DNA of 64,000 bases, taken from positions 57,784,001 to 57,848,000 of the forward strand of contig OZ241827.1 in the NCBI GenBank assembly GCA_965202585.1. The letters run 5' to 3'. Shown here in pieces: positions 1 through 12,700 of this stretch. This stretch comes from Thalia democratica (taxonomy: Eukaryota). The translations under genes and the position numbers were made by a program. Each line of letters starts with the position of its first letter. Position 1 is the stretch's first letter. Under the pieces are notes generated by a model. That model saw only the letters and a program-made list of their open reading frames with translations. It did no database searches and had not been told where the DNA came from.

Positions 1-632
1 TATAACACATATTAAGTTAAAGATAAAAGTCTGGTTATGGAAACAGTAGTTTCCGAATATAACTTTAGGGGAAATTTTTTACATGGGGTTAAATTAATGG
101 TTATAATTTTCGAAGAAAATATTAACTATAAGTGAAAAACTAATCTATGTTCCATATTGTTGTAGAAAACATTTTCAAAAGTAAGTCTCTGAAAAATATT
201 GTACAATTTCATGTCTAAAGCAGTAGTGTCAATAGTTTATTTTTAGCATATTCTCTTAATGCTATGAACGGTATTTTATTATAAATATTTACTTTTTCTT
301 TACTTGAGTTTATCCTATCAATAAGTTTTATTTAAAATTTTAAAGCTTAAAAAATTCAAATTAACGAAGTTTAAGAAGTGTAAAAAGGTTTAAAAGTTTA
401 GCTATTACACTACCTGGTTAGCATAAGTGGTGAGACATAAAAATAATCTATACAAAAAACTTATTATTTTTTCAAATTAAAGACCATTTTTTAAAAATTT
501 TGAAACACAAGGCATACTTATAGAACAATTTTCTATAGTAAAAAATTAGTAGTTAAATTTTAATATAAGTTTACAGCAGTGTAGTAATTTAACAACCGTT
601 TACGATTGTTGTTATTTGTATATATTTTTATA

Positions 633-1326
633 AGGTAGATGTCAAATTTGCACGAGTGTACAAAATTGCACGAAGGAAAAAAATTGCACGAAGACTAATT
701 TGCACGAGGGCACAAAATTACACAAAGATAAAATTGTACGAAGATACTTTTACACGAGCAGACAATTTCGCACGGAGACATCTTTGCACGGGTTATTTTT
801 TTTTACATTTTTAGTTTCTGTATTAGTTTTAATGTCTTTTTTTAATTTAGTTTTTTTTTACTATCACTGTTATCCCTAAACCTTACCCTCGGTCGGTAAG
901 TTATTTTTTTTATTAATAAAAAAATCTTTTAATTTTTTTATTTTTCACTATCACTGTTACCCCTAATCCTTACTCTCGGTCGGTAGCATTTTTTTAATTT
1001 TTTTTTCATAACTATTTTATTAGTAGCTTTTTTTTTTACTATCAGCGTTACCCCTAGCCCTTACCGTCGGTCAGTAATTTTTTTTTTTTTTTTACTGATT
1101 TTTATTATTTTCTATTATCTGTATTTTTTACTCCCGTGAAAAATGTAACAAGTGAAAAATTGACTGTTGGTGCAAAATCGTCTTCGTGAAATTTTGTTCC
1201 TTCGTGCAATTGTGTGCCCTCGTGCAAATTTGGCTTCGTGCATGTTTGTGCACTCGTTCAATTTTTTTCTCGTTCAATTTAGTAACCTCGTGCATTTTTG
1301 TCTTCGTGCAATTTAGACCCGTTCCC
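633..1326. mobile_element. Non-autonomous Mutator/foldback-type MITE, copy 1
   Basis: Arms of tandem (T)GCACGA units on the left are mirrored as TCGTGCA on the right; three internal ~40-bp repeats; flanked by ATTTTTATA (624-632) and ATTCTTATA (1327-1335), an 8/9 TSD match; second copy at 24885. Confidence 0.85.
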
Positions 1327-1989
1327 ATTCTTATACTATAGAGTGAATCGTTAACAGTTGCAATAACTTTTACTTAAAAAGGAACTTCAGTAAAGGTTTT
1401 TAATAAGATATATTATTAGTTTTAACATTTAATAATTCTAAATATTTTTTTTAAATTCTTATCAAACTAAAGTGTATAGTGTTTTAATAAATCAAACGTA
1501 AGTATTGCTCGCTATTCCCTATAAAATAAAAATTTCTCCATATTTTTCTATTTACGTGTTAAAACTATCTAAAATGGACCATGTCACCTTTTAGTGAAAC
1601 CCTAAGTAAGTACATTTGTTTCATATCGAAAGTTTTACAAAAATTTAGCTCTAAACCTAAAACTAATATTTTTAGAATTGTTCTTTTTAAATTGAAAAGA
1701 AAAATATTCGTGTAAACAAACTTGTTTTGTGTTAAAGTTTTCAAAGTTTACCTCGCAATAAGCTTACAATAAGCTTTTAGGTGACTAATGTTTATTTTTA
1801 ATACTAATTTTAATGTATTAGTGTTTAAGGAGTCTAAACACTATTAGTTATAGATTAAATAGTTGTTTTGAATAATGTACTGTAAAGTTTCATAATTCAG
1901 GGTAAAATTTGCTTATGTGTTTGGGCTGCTTATGACAGTAAGAAAAAATACTTTATAAGTTAGTTTGAAGAATAGCCTTTTTTAATTTA

Positions 1990-3347
1990 ACAAAAAAAAT
2001 GGTTAAAAGAAAGGAGATTAAACCTAAATCCCAGAAAATGTCATGTTTTGAATATTCGCAAAAGTACACCTATTCCAACGTTTGATTTTAAAATAAACAA
2101 TGCAATCTTACCTAAAACTGAAGTATTCAAAGACCTTGGAATTTTTATATCATATAATTGAAAATAGAACCATCATATTAACTATATTTACCGTACTGCA
2201 TCAATTTTATCTTTTCAAATTCTAAAAAGCTTTATATCTACGGATTTGGTAATTCTTAAAAAACTGTATCTAGTTTAAAACTGTCCTAAGATGGAATACA
2301 ACACACCTTTATGGTCTCCATATTCTATAAAAGACATCAACCAACTAGAATCTATTCAAAGAAAATTTACGAGATTAATCTTTAATCGGTGCAACTTTTC
2401 ATATACGTCTTACATAGACAGACTAGTAAAGTTAGATATAAAAACTTTACAGTACAGAAGACTTTAATTTGATCTCATTACTTTTTCTAAACTGATTAAC
2501 AATGAAACTAATATTGATTCTCAAACTTTCTTTAAACCTTATAAAAATAATTACTCACTCAGAGGTAATAATAGAAAATATACATGCAAATATCATTCCA
2601 ACTATGTTGGTTGGCACAAATATTTTTTCTATCATTCGGTAAAAATGTGGAACAAGCTTCCAAATGAACTAGTATCGTGCAAAAATCTTAAACATTTTCG
2701 ATTAAACTTAAAAAGATTTGATTTAAATAAAATATTTACCAGTAAAAATTATAAGTAATTAGTTTTGTTCATCTCTTTAGCCATTGATTTGTTGTGTGGT
2801 ATGTAGTTTATTGGTAGTTTAATCTGTAAACTACACCTTCCCCTTTTAGGTTTTAGGTACTTTTCAATTTTGATTTTTTGAAAGGTCTACTTTTAATGTG
2901 CTTGGGGCTTTAGATTTTGAAATTATTAGATACTCAGTTGATTCCTAAGCTAGATTTGTGAATTGTTGCTGCCACATTTTTGAAGTGATTTTTGACTGAA
3001 TTTGCCGTGGTGAAACTTTGAAAACATGACGAATGGCAAATAGTAGCTAAGATCAATGTTCTGCAAGATGAAGACAGGTTCTGAAGAATTTTGACAGGAG
3101 ATGCTTGTTACAGGGATTTGTTGCTTTGGAATGTATAATTGGAGATTGGTGACTTTGGAATCGTTGAATATTTTGGTTGTGAAAGTTTTAATTTATTTAG
3201 TTTGTGTCTTGTATAAGTTTTATGTTTATGTTTATTTAATCACTGTAATTTGTTTTTATTTCTTTTTATGTTAATGTCTTTCAGTTTAAGTGGCTTAGGT
3301 TTTAATGCCTAGGTCCTTCGTTGGACAATAAACTTAATAATAATAAA
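1990..3347 (+). mobile_element. 5'-truncated, decayed CR1/L2-clade LINE (RT C-terminus, 3' UTR, (TAA)n tail)
   Basis: Translates with stops to KDLGIFI...MEYNTPLWSPY...LESIQRKFTRLI...LQYRR..DLI...WNKLP; ends in taataataataaa at about 3335-3347. Boundaries approximate. Confidence 0.85.
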
Positions 3348-6300
3348 AGCACTAACCGATAGTATTAATTACTGTAAAATTGTTAATTATAACGATTTAA
3401 AAATTATCAAATAAAGAAACGATACAATTAAATTCCTGAAACTCATTTGCATTCTGATTTCAAAGCCTTAAAGAGTAACGTTTTAACATCCGTTATCTGA
3501 CACTATTTGTTTTGTTCATTGTTTCTTGTGTTTAAATTTTTGTATTACAGTACCTATTACTTATAAGCTTTTTTATAATGTTAAAAACACTTTTCTTGTT
3601 GTTTAGATTTTTTCAAACAAATAACTTTCTATATCATTTAAGATTTTTTGAAAAAACATTTTCAAATTTCACAACAGCTTTACATAATATACAAAAACAG
3701 TGTTGTATTAAAACCATTCATTGTAATATTTTCTAAAAAGTTATTGTAAACTTTAAATACAGTAGTACTTAAAAAAAACTTCTACTTTTTGTTTTAAAAC
3801 ATTGCAGTTTTAAAACACAAACTTAATTTTATTTAAACTAAGATTTTTAAATAAAGCACTTGGTAAACTGTTGTTTGGCTATAAATGTATATAACCTAAC
3901 ATACTACATAACATTTAAAAATAATTTAATTTTAACAAAAGTTTTCCATTTTCAGAACTTATTGTAAAGATTCTTGATAAAATAAATAAAAAACTTTTTT
4001 TATTGTTAAGGTCTTTCAAAAACGAAAGTTTTGTTTGTTTGTTAGTCGATAAATTTTTTTTTTTTTTTTGCAAAATTTTAAAAATTTCCTACACAGTTCT
4101 TTTGTTGGTACAGCACAACTTAAAACTTGCTTGATTAACCAATAAGTATGTTTCTTAAGTTGAGCTTGTATAAATTCAAACTGTTAAATAAATATAAGTT
4201 GAAAAGGAAAACTGTAAGTTCTTCTTTTAAATAAAAATAGATTTATTCAAAACCTGTTAATTAGGATAAATGCAAGCATAAAACAATAAAATTATTTAAA
4301 ATTTAGTCTTATTCAAATCAAAAATCTTTATACAAAGCTTTACAGTAAAACTATTTCAGTTACATTTAAGCAAATAAACTTAATTTAATACATTTTATTT
4401 TCTAAAGACAAAAAGTCTATTATAAAGCTTTTTTTAGCACAAATTAGATTAAAGCGATTTATATTACTTTTTGAACAAACTTTTCTTTAAATGTTGTTGT
4501 TATCAAACTAATAAGCAATAACAATTACTTTCATTCTGAATTGAAAGGTTGTAAACAACACTTTAATCTATAAATAAACAAATGTATTTAAAATCTTATT
4601 TAAAGCTAATCAACAATGACAGTACATGTGTTTGTCACGTAATTACCTTAAAAATTCAAGTTTTTGTATTTGAATAAACAAAAAAAGTCTTAAAATAAAA
4701 GCTCATGTGAACTATAAAATATTTGTATTCTTTATTTAAATTTCAAATAATATTGTAATACTGGCAATTTTAATCACAATATTTGTATTGTTTTTAAAGA
4801 CAAGTTTTAAGAAAGTGTTTAATTGTTTTAATCTTTTTACTATGAGAATAGTTTATTAGCTTGAAGTTTTAAATTATTGAAGCTTTATTACCTTCTAGAA
4901 TAAAATTTTCAGTATTTCGATTCTTTACAACTTAGTAGCAGTTTGGATTTTATCATAAAAACGGTCTTAAGATAGTGTTTGTTTTGTTTTTATTTAATCA
5001 ATTACTGCTACTTAAAACAAAATGTATTGAATAACTGAAAACCAATTTCAGTTTTTGATTTCTATTACAAACATTTTACTTTTTTCACTACTTATGGTTA
5101 TATATTTAAAATTTAAACAGCATTTTTAAGTAGTAAAAAAAAATAGTTTGGTAACAAAATAAACATGTACACAAATTATAATACTAGCTGGTATAGTTTT
5201 AACAAGATTAAAACTGTTGTTTTCCTACTACTATATACTTCTAAACATAGCAAAAGTTGATTCCATTACTGTTTATAAAATCTCATTAAGTTCTATTTTT
5301 AGCAGCTTTAAAAGCTCACATTAAACTAGTATTGTTCAAAGCAAACCTACTATAAAAGTTATACAACATTTTCAACATTTTAAAACTTTTTGCGACAACA
5401 ACACCGTACAAATTAAATGAACGCTTTTTATTTCTATGTAAATTATTTTAAGAGCAAGTTATCTGCCTTGCAATAAGAATGCCAAGAATCTTTATTAAGA
5501 TCATTGTCTTAAACCCTAAAATTTTAAGCCATTTAAAGGCACGAATGTGTGACAAATATTTCGTACGTTCAACTCACGAGGCGCTTTCCTTATCTTTAAA
5601 TTAAATCAAACAATTATTCCAGACAATGCCCGAAATAACACTGGCAGTGCTAAATAAGACTTTCTAATGGAATTCAACAAAAACAAGTATGAAATTTCAG
5701 CTGTTTTAGTGGTTTCTGATTTCTCTGAAAGTCGTTTGTTTCCCTTTGACAATGTGTTTTTAATCAGCTGATTTTGAATTTATAAACTTGCACGTTTACT
5801 TTGGCGTGCAGACAGCAAATTAAAGTATTGCAAACAACTTCAAGTATCACTAAACACATCAAGAATGCTCAAAAAACTTTGTTTGACAGGTTATACAAAT
5901 GAAAACTTAAATCAACTCGTACTTAAACGATCTAGTTCGGATAATTTGTTAGAATAAATAAATTAAATTATGTTCTTTACGTTAGGTTTCGTTCATAATT
6001 TCATCATTAGTATGACCACTAACAATAGCACTAACAATTCTAAATTATATTTGACAAGTGCAAATGAAAATTTGTCGAACAAGCAAGCCATTGTTGAACG
6101 CATAAACAACTGTAGATAAAGTTTTACACAAAAATTTACAGCTTTCAAATTTATACATAGCTTTTTTATTGTTCAAATAAATAAACTTAGTAGAAAATAG
6201 CCTCGTTAAAACGTATTAGCCTTCGAACTATTTACTTAATGGCATAAAGATAAATAAATTCGACATTTATATCACTAATAATTTTGTTTGAATTGTGCAA

Positions 6301-9300
6301 ACAAGTGGTGTTGTGAATTTTAATCATATTTGTCAATATGTGCTTTTAAAATTCCACATACTTCATTGTGTGAGTGTGAAAGAATTAAATGACCGAAAAA
6401 TTCTTATTAGTAAATTTGATATAACTTTATTAACTTTTGAACTATATTTCGTTTTTAAGCTTCGCTCAACTTAATTAAAATTAATTTAATTTTTTTTTTT
6501 CGTAACACAAAAAATTATATAATTATCAAGAAAAAAATAACCAAAAGTTAAATACCAAAATAATGGTTTGATTTAATTATAATTTAAAGTTTCACACATT
6601 TAGACTGCTTAGCTTTAAATTATAGGAAAAAAAATCATTAATTAAAAAACGTTCCAATAATTATTTATTCCATACAAAAAAGAAAGATTTAACGGTCCAA
6701 ACGTTTATCCGAACATTTTATATGAAATTTTAATAGTCTAAGATTAATTAAAACAAAAATATTGATGCTCATAAGACTATCTTACCATAAAATCTTAATA
6801 ACACAATTAGCTAATTAGCGGTTTAATATACTTCATAAAACAGACTATGCACAAATAGAGTGACAATTATCATATATACTGTAGGTTTAAATACTATATA
6901 TAGGCATGTTACCATTTACAAGTATACTCATATATAGATAAGTAATTAAGTGCATAATAACAAAAGCCTTCTTTTCTAATGAAATATTTTTAGCTTTTTA
7001 TCTCTAGGCTGATTTTATAATTTAGTTTATTCAGAGTTCTAAAAACACAATTACTAAACATTCTTAACTAATTTTAAATAACTCCATTATAAAAAAAAGA
7101 TTACTATACTGTAATTAAAAAAAGTCCTTAAAAATTCACTTAATAAACAAAAGTTTATACGAGCAAACGTTATACAACTTTTGTTAAATGACAAGCAACT
7201 ATAATTGAATTTCTTTTTAAACTTTTTCAAAGCTGATTTACACGAAACTTTGCATATTGTGAATTCAGACGTCTGAATATGAAACTGTAGAAGGTAGTTA
7301 CGAGCTGAAAATCAAATTAGAAATTAATTCCTACAAACTTCCACACCGCTTCCACCCAATTACTCAGTTTTAAACGCGTTAGAGGTCTCGTTAGCGCGAC
7401 TGACACTCCGATGGTGGCAAGAATAACGGTTTTTGGTCGGGGAAACCCCTTTCATGAGCAGCACGTGCCGCTATTAAATTGTTTTGTTTCGACAAACAAG
7501 CTCCTTTTTTTTGCAGGTGTTGCGGCAGTCTGCTATTTTTCGCCATGGCGGTTGCCGAGATTTCCAGTTTATTCAGATGGCGAATAAGAACGAGGCCATT
7601 GTTTCAATTTGCCACTTGCCGAAACAGCCTCCATGAACACGCTGTTGTTGCTGTAAATCTGATGGATTTTCGCGGAAAGTCGCTAATCAGCGATGGCATT
7701 TCAAGAGGATTTCAGCGGTAATTAGCCGAACAGGCTGGTGATAAGGTCAATGTCATGCCGTCGATTCAGCGAAATATTGAACGCGTTACAGACACATATA
7801 AATGATTTTTCCAGTCTGAAATGTTTGATTAATTATTTCAGTGTGTTTTGTAAACCTGGTCTGAAAAAGAAGCTTTCTTTTGTTTCGAAATTTTCGATCA
7901 ATACCGCTTGATAAGGAAATAAAATTTCAATTGTGTCTGTTGAAATCTTAAAAGCGTGCTTATTATTTTAATCATTTATGCAATGAGGAAGTAAAAAATA
8001 AGTATAAAATGTCAAGTTTTGAGTAAAATTTCCTTGCTTGTTTATTACAATCATTAATAAACAAGCAGACATGAAAATGTTTTTAAACCAAAAAAGATTG
8101 TTCAATTAAAGCAGATTAAAAAAATTGCATTTTATTTTTAGCAGTGCGTATATATTCTTTCAATTAAAGAAATTAGTTCATATATTAATTTTACTTGCAA
8201 TGTCAACTCAAAACTACTTTTTATTTTTTAAGCTATTGGGCTTTGAAGTCAATATTTAGTTTTAGACGCCCCTGGTTCTAGTACTTCTCTAAACAGCGTT
8301 TTATACTTCAAGTTTTGTGAGTTTAAACGTGTATTGTACTTTTAAAAGAATTCATAGATCAAAAATCTAAATAAAGCAATAAACTACTTTTTTTTATTTA
8401 ATGTTTGTGACATTTTTCAGTACTTGTTTAGCTAAAAACACTATGATAGTTTTCTGAAACGAAAGTCAATCTCTGTTTTTTTTTTCAATACGTAAAGATA
8501 CAGCGATAGAAAAACAATTTCAATTTTTGTTTACAGTCAACTTAAAAAGTACAAAAGCCGCGATAAAACAAAGTGGTCACGCCATAAAAAAAAAACAACC
8601 AGCAATTACTTAGCACCGAAAGAAAAACATTTTTTGCTAAATATATATTAAACGCACTGAGCTTCGGTCAGCTCAAATCTAAAACGAGAGAACGCTGCTC
8701 GGGGTAAAAACAAAAAGAGAGAAGTTTTCAAACAAAGTAAAAGAAACGCGTATAGCAGCTCGAGATGTTATTAAGGCATAAGTATAGCACATAGTAGTAG
8801 TAGTGCGTTTATACTTTGTACGAACGCTTAATTGCCCGCAATGTATGACAACCTGCAGGCTATTAGTTTTAATAAGATTTGTAACGTGTGTGTGAGCTGT
8901 TTAAGATTCATTGCTTGAAGTGAAGTTTGAAGTGTTTTTTAAATAGAAAACTTTGGTTGTTTATGCAGAGCTTTGTTTTATTACGTTTTTGTTTACAGTT
9001 TTATTAGTTGTTTAGTTATTTAAACAGTTTATTTCAAGATCTCGTTTTGAGTTGCAGCTAAAATTTTTAGAGCTCAGTTGTTAAAGTTTGTTTGGTTTAA
9101 AAAGCAATAAAAGTTTTTGCAGACTATCCTTGTGAGTTTATTTACTTATTGTTTTAAACTTTTATAAACTCAGTAGTGTTTAAAAAAAATTTTTTGCTTT
9201 ACTTTATTCATTTGCTAACTAATTAAAAATAAGCTTAAGTTAATGCGGTCCGTAATAACGTTTACGTTTTTTTTCAAGAAAAATTTCGTAACACACTAGT

Positions 9301-9525
9301 TTTTGTTATCTTAGTTGCAAACATTATTTCTAGGTTCACAATGCAATAAAAACAAATTAAAATATCAATTTTATGTTTTATGACCGCAACACGGGTCACC
9401 GCATTGTTTTTTATTGGACAATAAAATATTTTATATCATTGTTATTAATTGCCTTCGCGTCCCAAATAGCCCGTCATGAAGGCACGCGAATTAACAGATT
9501 AACCGCTTTATTATCAACTTTTCAG

Positions 9526-9669
9526 ACGCCGTGTAGTCATTTAAACTTTTGAAATAAAAGAGATTAACAGCTATCAAACTGGAAACTGAAACTTTTTTGC
9601 TGGGAATAAAATTTGTGCAGTGGAAAACAACAAAAAGACGAACACGAAGAGTTAAGTTGATAAATTGGA
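9526..9669 (+). other. Probable 5'-UTR part of the exon carrying the start codon
   Basis: cttttcag acceptor at 9525; ATG-free up to 9670. A gtgagt donor at 9132 could end an upstream non-coding exon. Confidence 0.45.
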
Positions 9670-9735
9670 ATGACTCGGGTTGCGAGTATTTACACGAAAA
9701 CACATCACTGCTGCTGTTGCCTCCTCTTGCTGCTG
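9670..9735 (+). CDS. ADAMTSL1/3: Coding exon 1: start of signal peptide ([22 protein letters not shown])
   Basis: ATG 9670; no upstream ATG back to the candidate acceptor at 9525; GTAAGT donor at 9736 (phase 0) joins ILVKA-DEF to complete a hydrophobic signal peptide. Confidence 0.75.
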
Positions 9736-12700
9736 GTAAGTGCTTCATTACTAATTCACGTGGGACTTTTCCCAAGTTTTGTAACAGTAAGTAACATTTA
9801 GTAGCTGAGAGTTTGTGTGCAAGTTTCAGTACAATACGGTTGAAGAAAGCACAAATGTTTATTTTTGCTTTTTTACTGAGAATAAACACCTAAACAAAAG
9901 TTGCTCATTAAAATAAAATAAAAACACACATTTGAATGCAAAACAAAACACCGCAGACTTTGTTCAGCGCTTTTTATGGCAACCAAATTGCTTGCACAGC
10001 CGTCGCAACAACTTGCATTTTACCGTTACTTAACAAAAACATATACAAAAAATACGCAGTAATTTAAACTTCTGGCTGTTAAACTCTCCGCCAATGTGGA
10101 ATGACTTATCAAACTTTTCCAGCGTCTATTTTTACCCTTTTGTATCGATTAGTTTTGGTAAATATTTACATTAGAATTGATTACGCACGTATGCCATAAT
10201 GTTAATTTAAACTTGAACTCTATTGCTGTGTTGGTTTTTAAACATTAATTTTAAACACTAATTTTTAAACATTTGAGACAAAAGTTAAAAATTAAATTGT
10301 TGTTTTATAAGTATATAGGTTATAAGTTTTTTAAGAGTGCTTTACAAAACTCACAAATTATCTATTTTAATAAAAATATAAAAAAAGTTTTTTTACTTTA
10401 AATTCCTCTTCTATGTTTACCAGGGGAAAGATAAAAAACTTGGCTTAAGAATATCTGGAAAGACTGGAAAACAGGTCAGTGAAAGTCCACGCGAATTCTG
10501 CAACGCTATATCAATATCATAAAACGAGGCCAAGTCCACCGATTTGCTCTAATAAAAGTCACACCTAGCAACCAAATATATATATAGCGGCATAACATGA
10601 GGCGAGCAAATAGCTTCAAGTTCAACTTTAATCGATTATCTTGGAAGCATTCTTTCGGGCAGGCAGCGTTTACACACACATTGAAAAGAAAAAGCGAAAA
10701 GGTTTTTCTCTGCTGCTGAAAGTTTGCTCGGCGTCGCTTTTGCACGTTTAAACGTTTCACTTTGTATGAGGTGGCCACCGCTGCTGTGAGGTGTTTGTTC
10801 AATACTCGACAGCTTTTATCTTGTTTTGAGCTCGAGCGCGATTTGAATTTAGTTAGTTTTTCTGATGGTTATCCTCGTATCACAATGGTAATCTGCTGCG
10901 AACAGTAGCACTTTTATGTTTATGTAGCAAGCGAGTTAAGCCTTCCTATCAGAGCGCGGCCCTCGGTAAATTATTCGGCGTCGCCTTGCACCCTGGCTGA
11001 CCCCTGGTCCTCAAAACACTGTTGCTTTGTATTTGACGTCCGCTTGCGTCGTCTTGATAGTTTCTCAACACACTCGCCATCCAACACAATTATCTTGTAA
11101 TCAAACGTCAGTCACAAGCACCGGCTATTCGGCGAGATGGCAGAACAAAGAGCCCACTATATTGTTACTTGACAGGCAGCTCTGCCTGCTTGTTATTGGC
11201 TGCACAGCTGAGCCTTTTTTCATGTGGCCTGCCTGGCTTGTTTCTAATTACATACAGTGTGTAGAAATAACTCTTCGTAATAGCGAGTTTGGTATGATTT
11301 ATTTGTCATCACTTTGTAATGCTGATTTCTTTCTGAGAAATTTTAACAGCTTGAAATGGTTTGGTAAAAATATGTATTTTGAAATTTTTTGAGTATATTT
11401 TTGATATAACTTGTTAGAGTTTTAAGTTGAACTCTCAAACAGTGCTTGTATAGACTAATTTAGTGAAATATATTTTACTTAATCAAACTTTATCATCTAC
11501 AAAAGAGCTCAAAACTTCGTATTTATCAGAAACTTTTTTTATAGATTTATTAAGATACTTAAAATAACACATAAAATTAATACCCGTTTATTTGTACATC
11601 CATCAAAGTTTTAATTAAAACTAAAACTACGTTGAAACTTTGATCAACTTTTGTGTCTAACTAAAGCTAGCTTAAAGTTACGTTAAGGTTTATGTTTGAC
11701 ACATATTACTATAAGCACAGTCCTCACAATAAAAACTATATACAAAATCAAGATGCTCAAAATACAATGAAAGTACTAAATATTTAAACGAACAAGCTAA
11801 ATATAAAAACTGTCTTAACCTGTCTCTTTCTTTATTGAAGCGACTGTTGTCTTTCGCCAGTAATTTAATCTCTGAGATCTGCATGTCTGAAGAATTTCCC
11901 GACCTCAGTCGCAAACATCACTTTTGTCGTTTATCTCCTCTGCTTTTGTTTTAATGGGGGCTTGAGAGGGATAAAGATTACGGCGAAATTACATCACAAT
12001 CCATTCAAATCGCATCACAAATTGCTCTCAAAAGTCTCTCAGACGTCAGCAAATCCCCTGGTCGCTTGGCAACCAAGCACTTTGCCCTTTACCCTGAAAT
12101 CATGTGGAACAGTGTCATATTGCACCCACCGGTCAACTTCTCAGAACGCTGAGAGGTTTAGGAATTAAACTCTTGTCCAAACTTTATGACGCAACAATCG
12201 CTAACTGAGAAGGTGCATGTTAAGCCGTTCAATGTTAAGAGTGGGTCGAAAAAGGTGAGAGCGTTTCTCAATACATTCCGTTTGTTTTCGGTATTTCTTT
12301 ACTGACGTTGAACCTCCACACTCAGGTTCAAGGAAGTTCCAAATCCGTCAAAACAGCGAATTTAACGGCGAATAATTAATGCTTCTAAACATTAAAATCA
12401 AATTATTCAACCTGAAAACTGTCTTTTGCGTGGTTAGTCTTGTGTTAAACTTAAACGACTAAGCATGGCAAATTAATTAACGAATTCCAGCGAAATTCTG
12501 CACAAAGACGTGATCGGAACAAAATAGGAAATGTTTTTGTTTTGTTTCGGCAACACTCTTATTTGTTTTGTAAACAGCAAGCTGATAACAATTACTTTTT
12601 TTAAACAGTTTGCATGTTTGCGTTTTTTGTTGATGTGCGTACAAACAGCACAAATAAGATAAAAAATAAAAACGCTGCTTATTTTCCCTTCAACTTTGTG

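Noticed and set aside
633-1326. CRISPR-like appearance of the spaced repeats
   Set aside because: Eukaryotic context, irregular spacing, mirrored arms and TSDs indicate a transposon.
1128-1328. Minus-strand 66-aa ORF
   Set aside because: It lies within the MITE repeat arm and is a product of the GCACGA units.
5930-6720. Short inverted match (GTTCGGATAA ... TTATCCGAAC) suggesting an old MITE
   Set aside because: Too degenerate; no ends or TSD could be defined.
9597-9794. 65-aa ORF-track entry as the first exon
   Set aside because: It is in a different frame from the ATG 9670 signal-peptide frame, lacks a real ATG start and reads through the donor.
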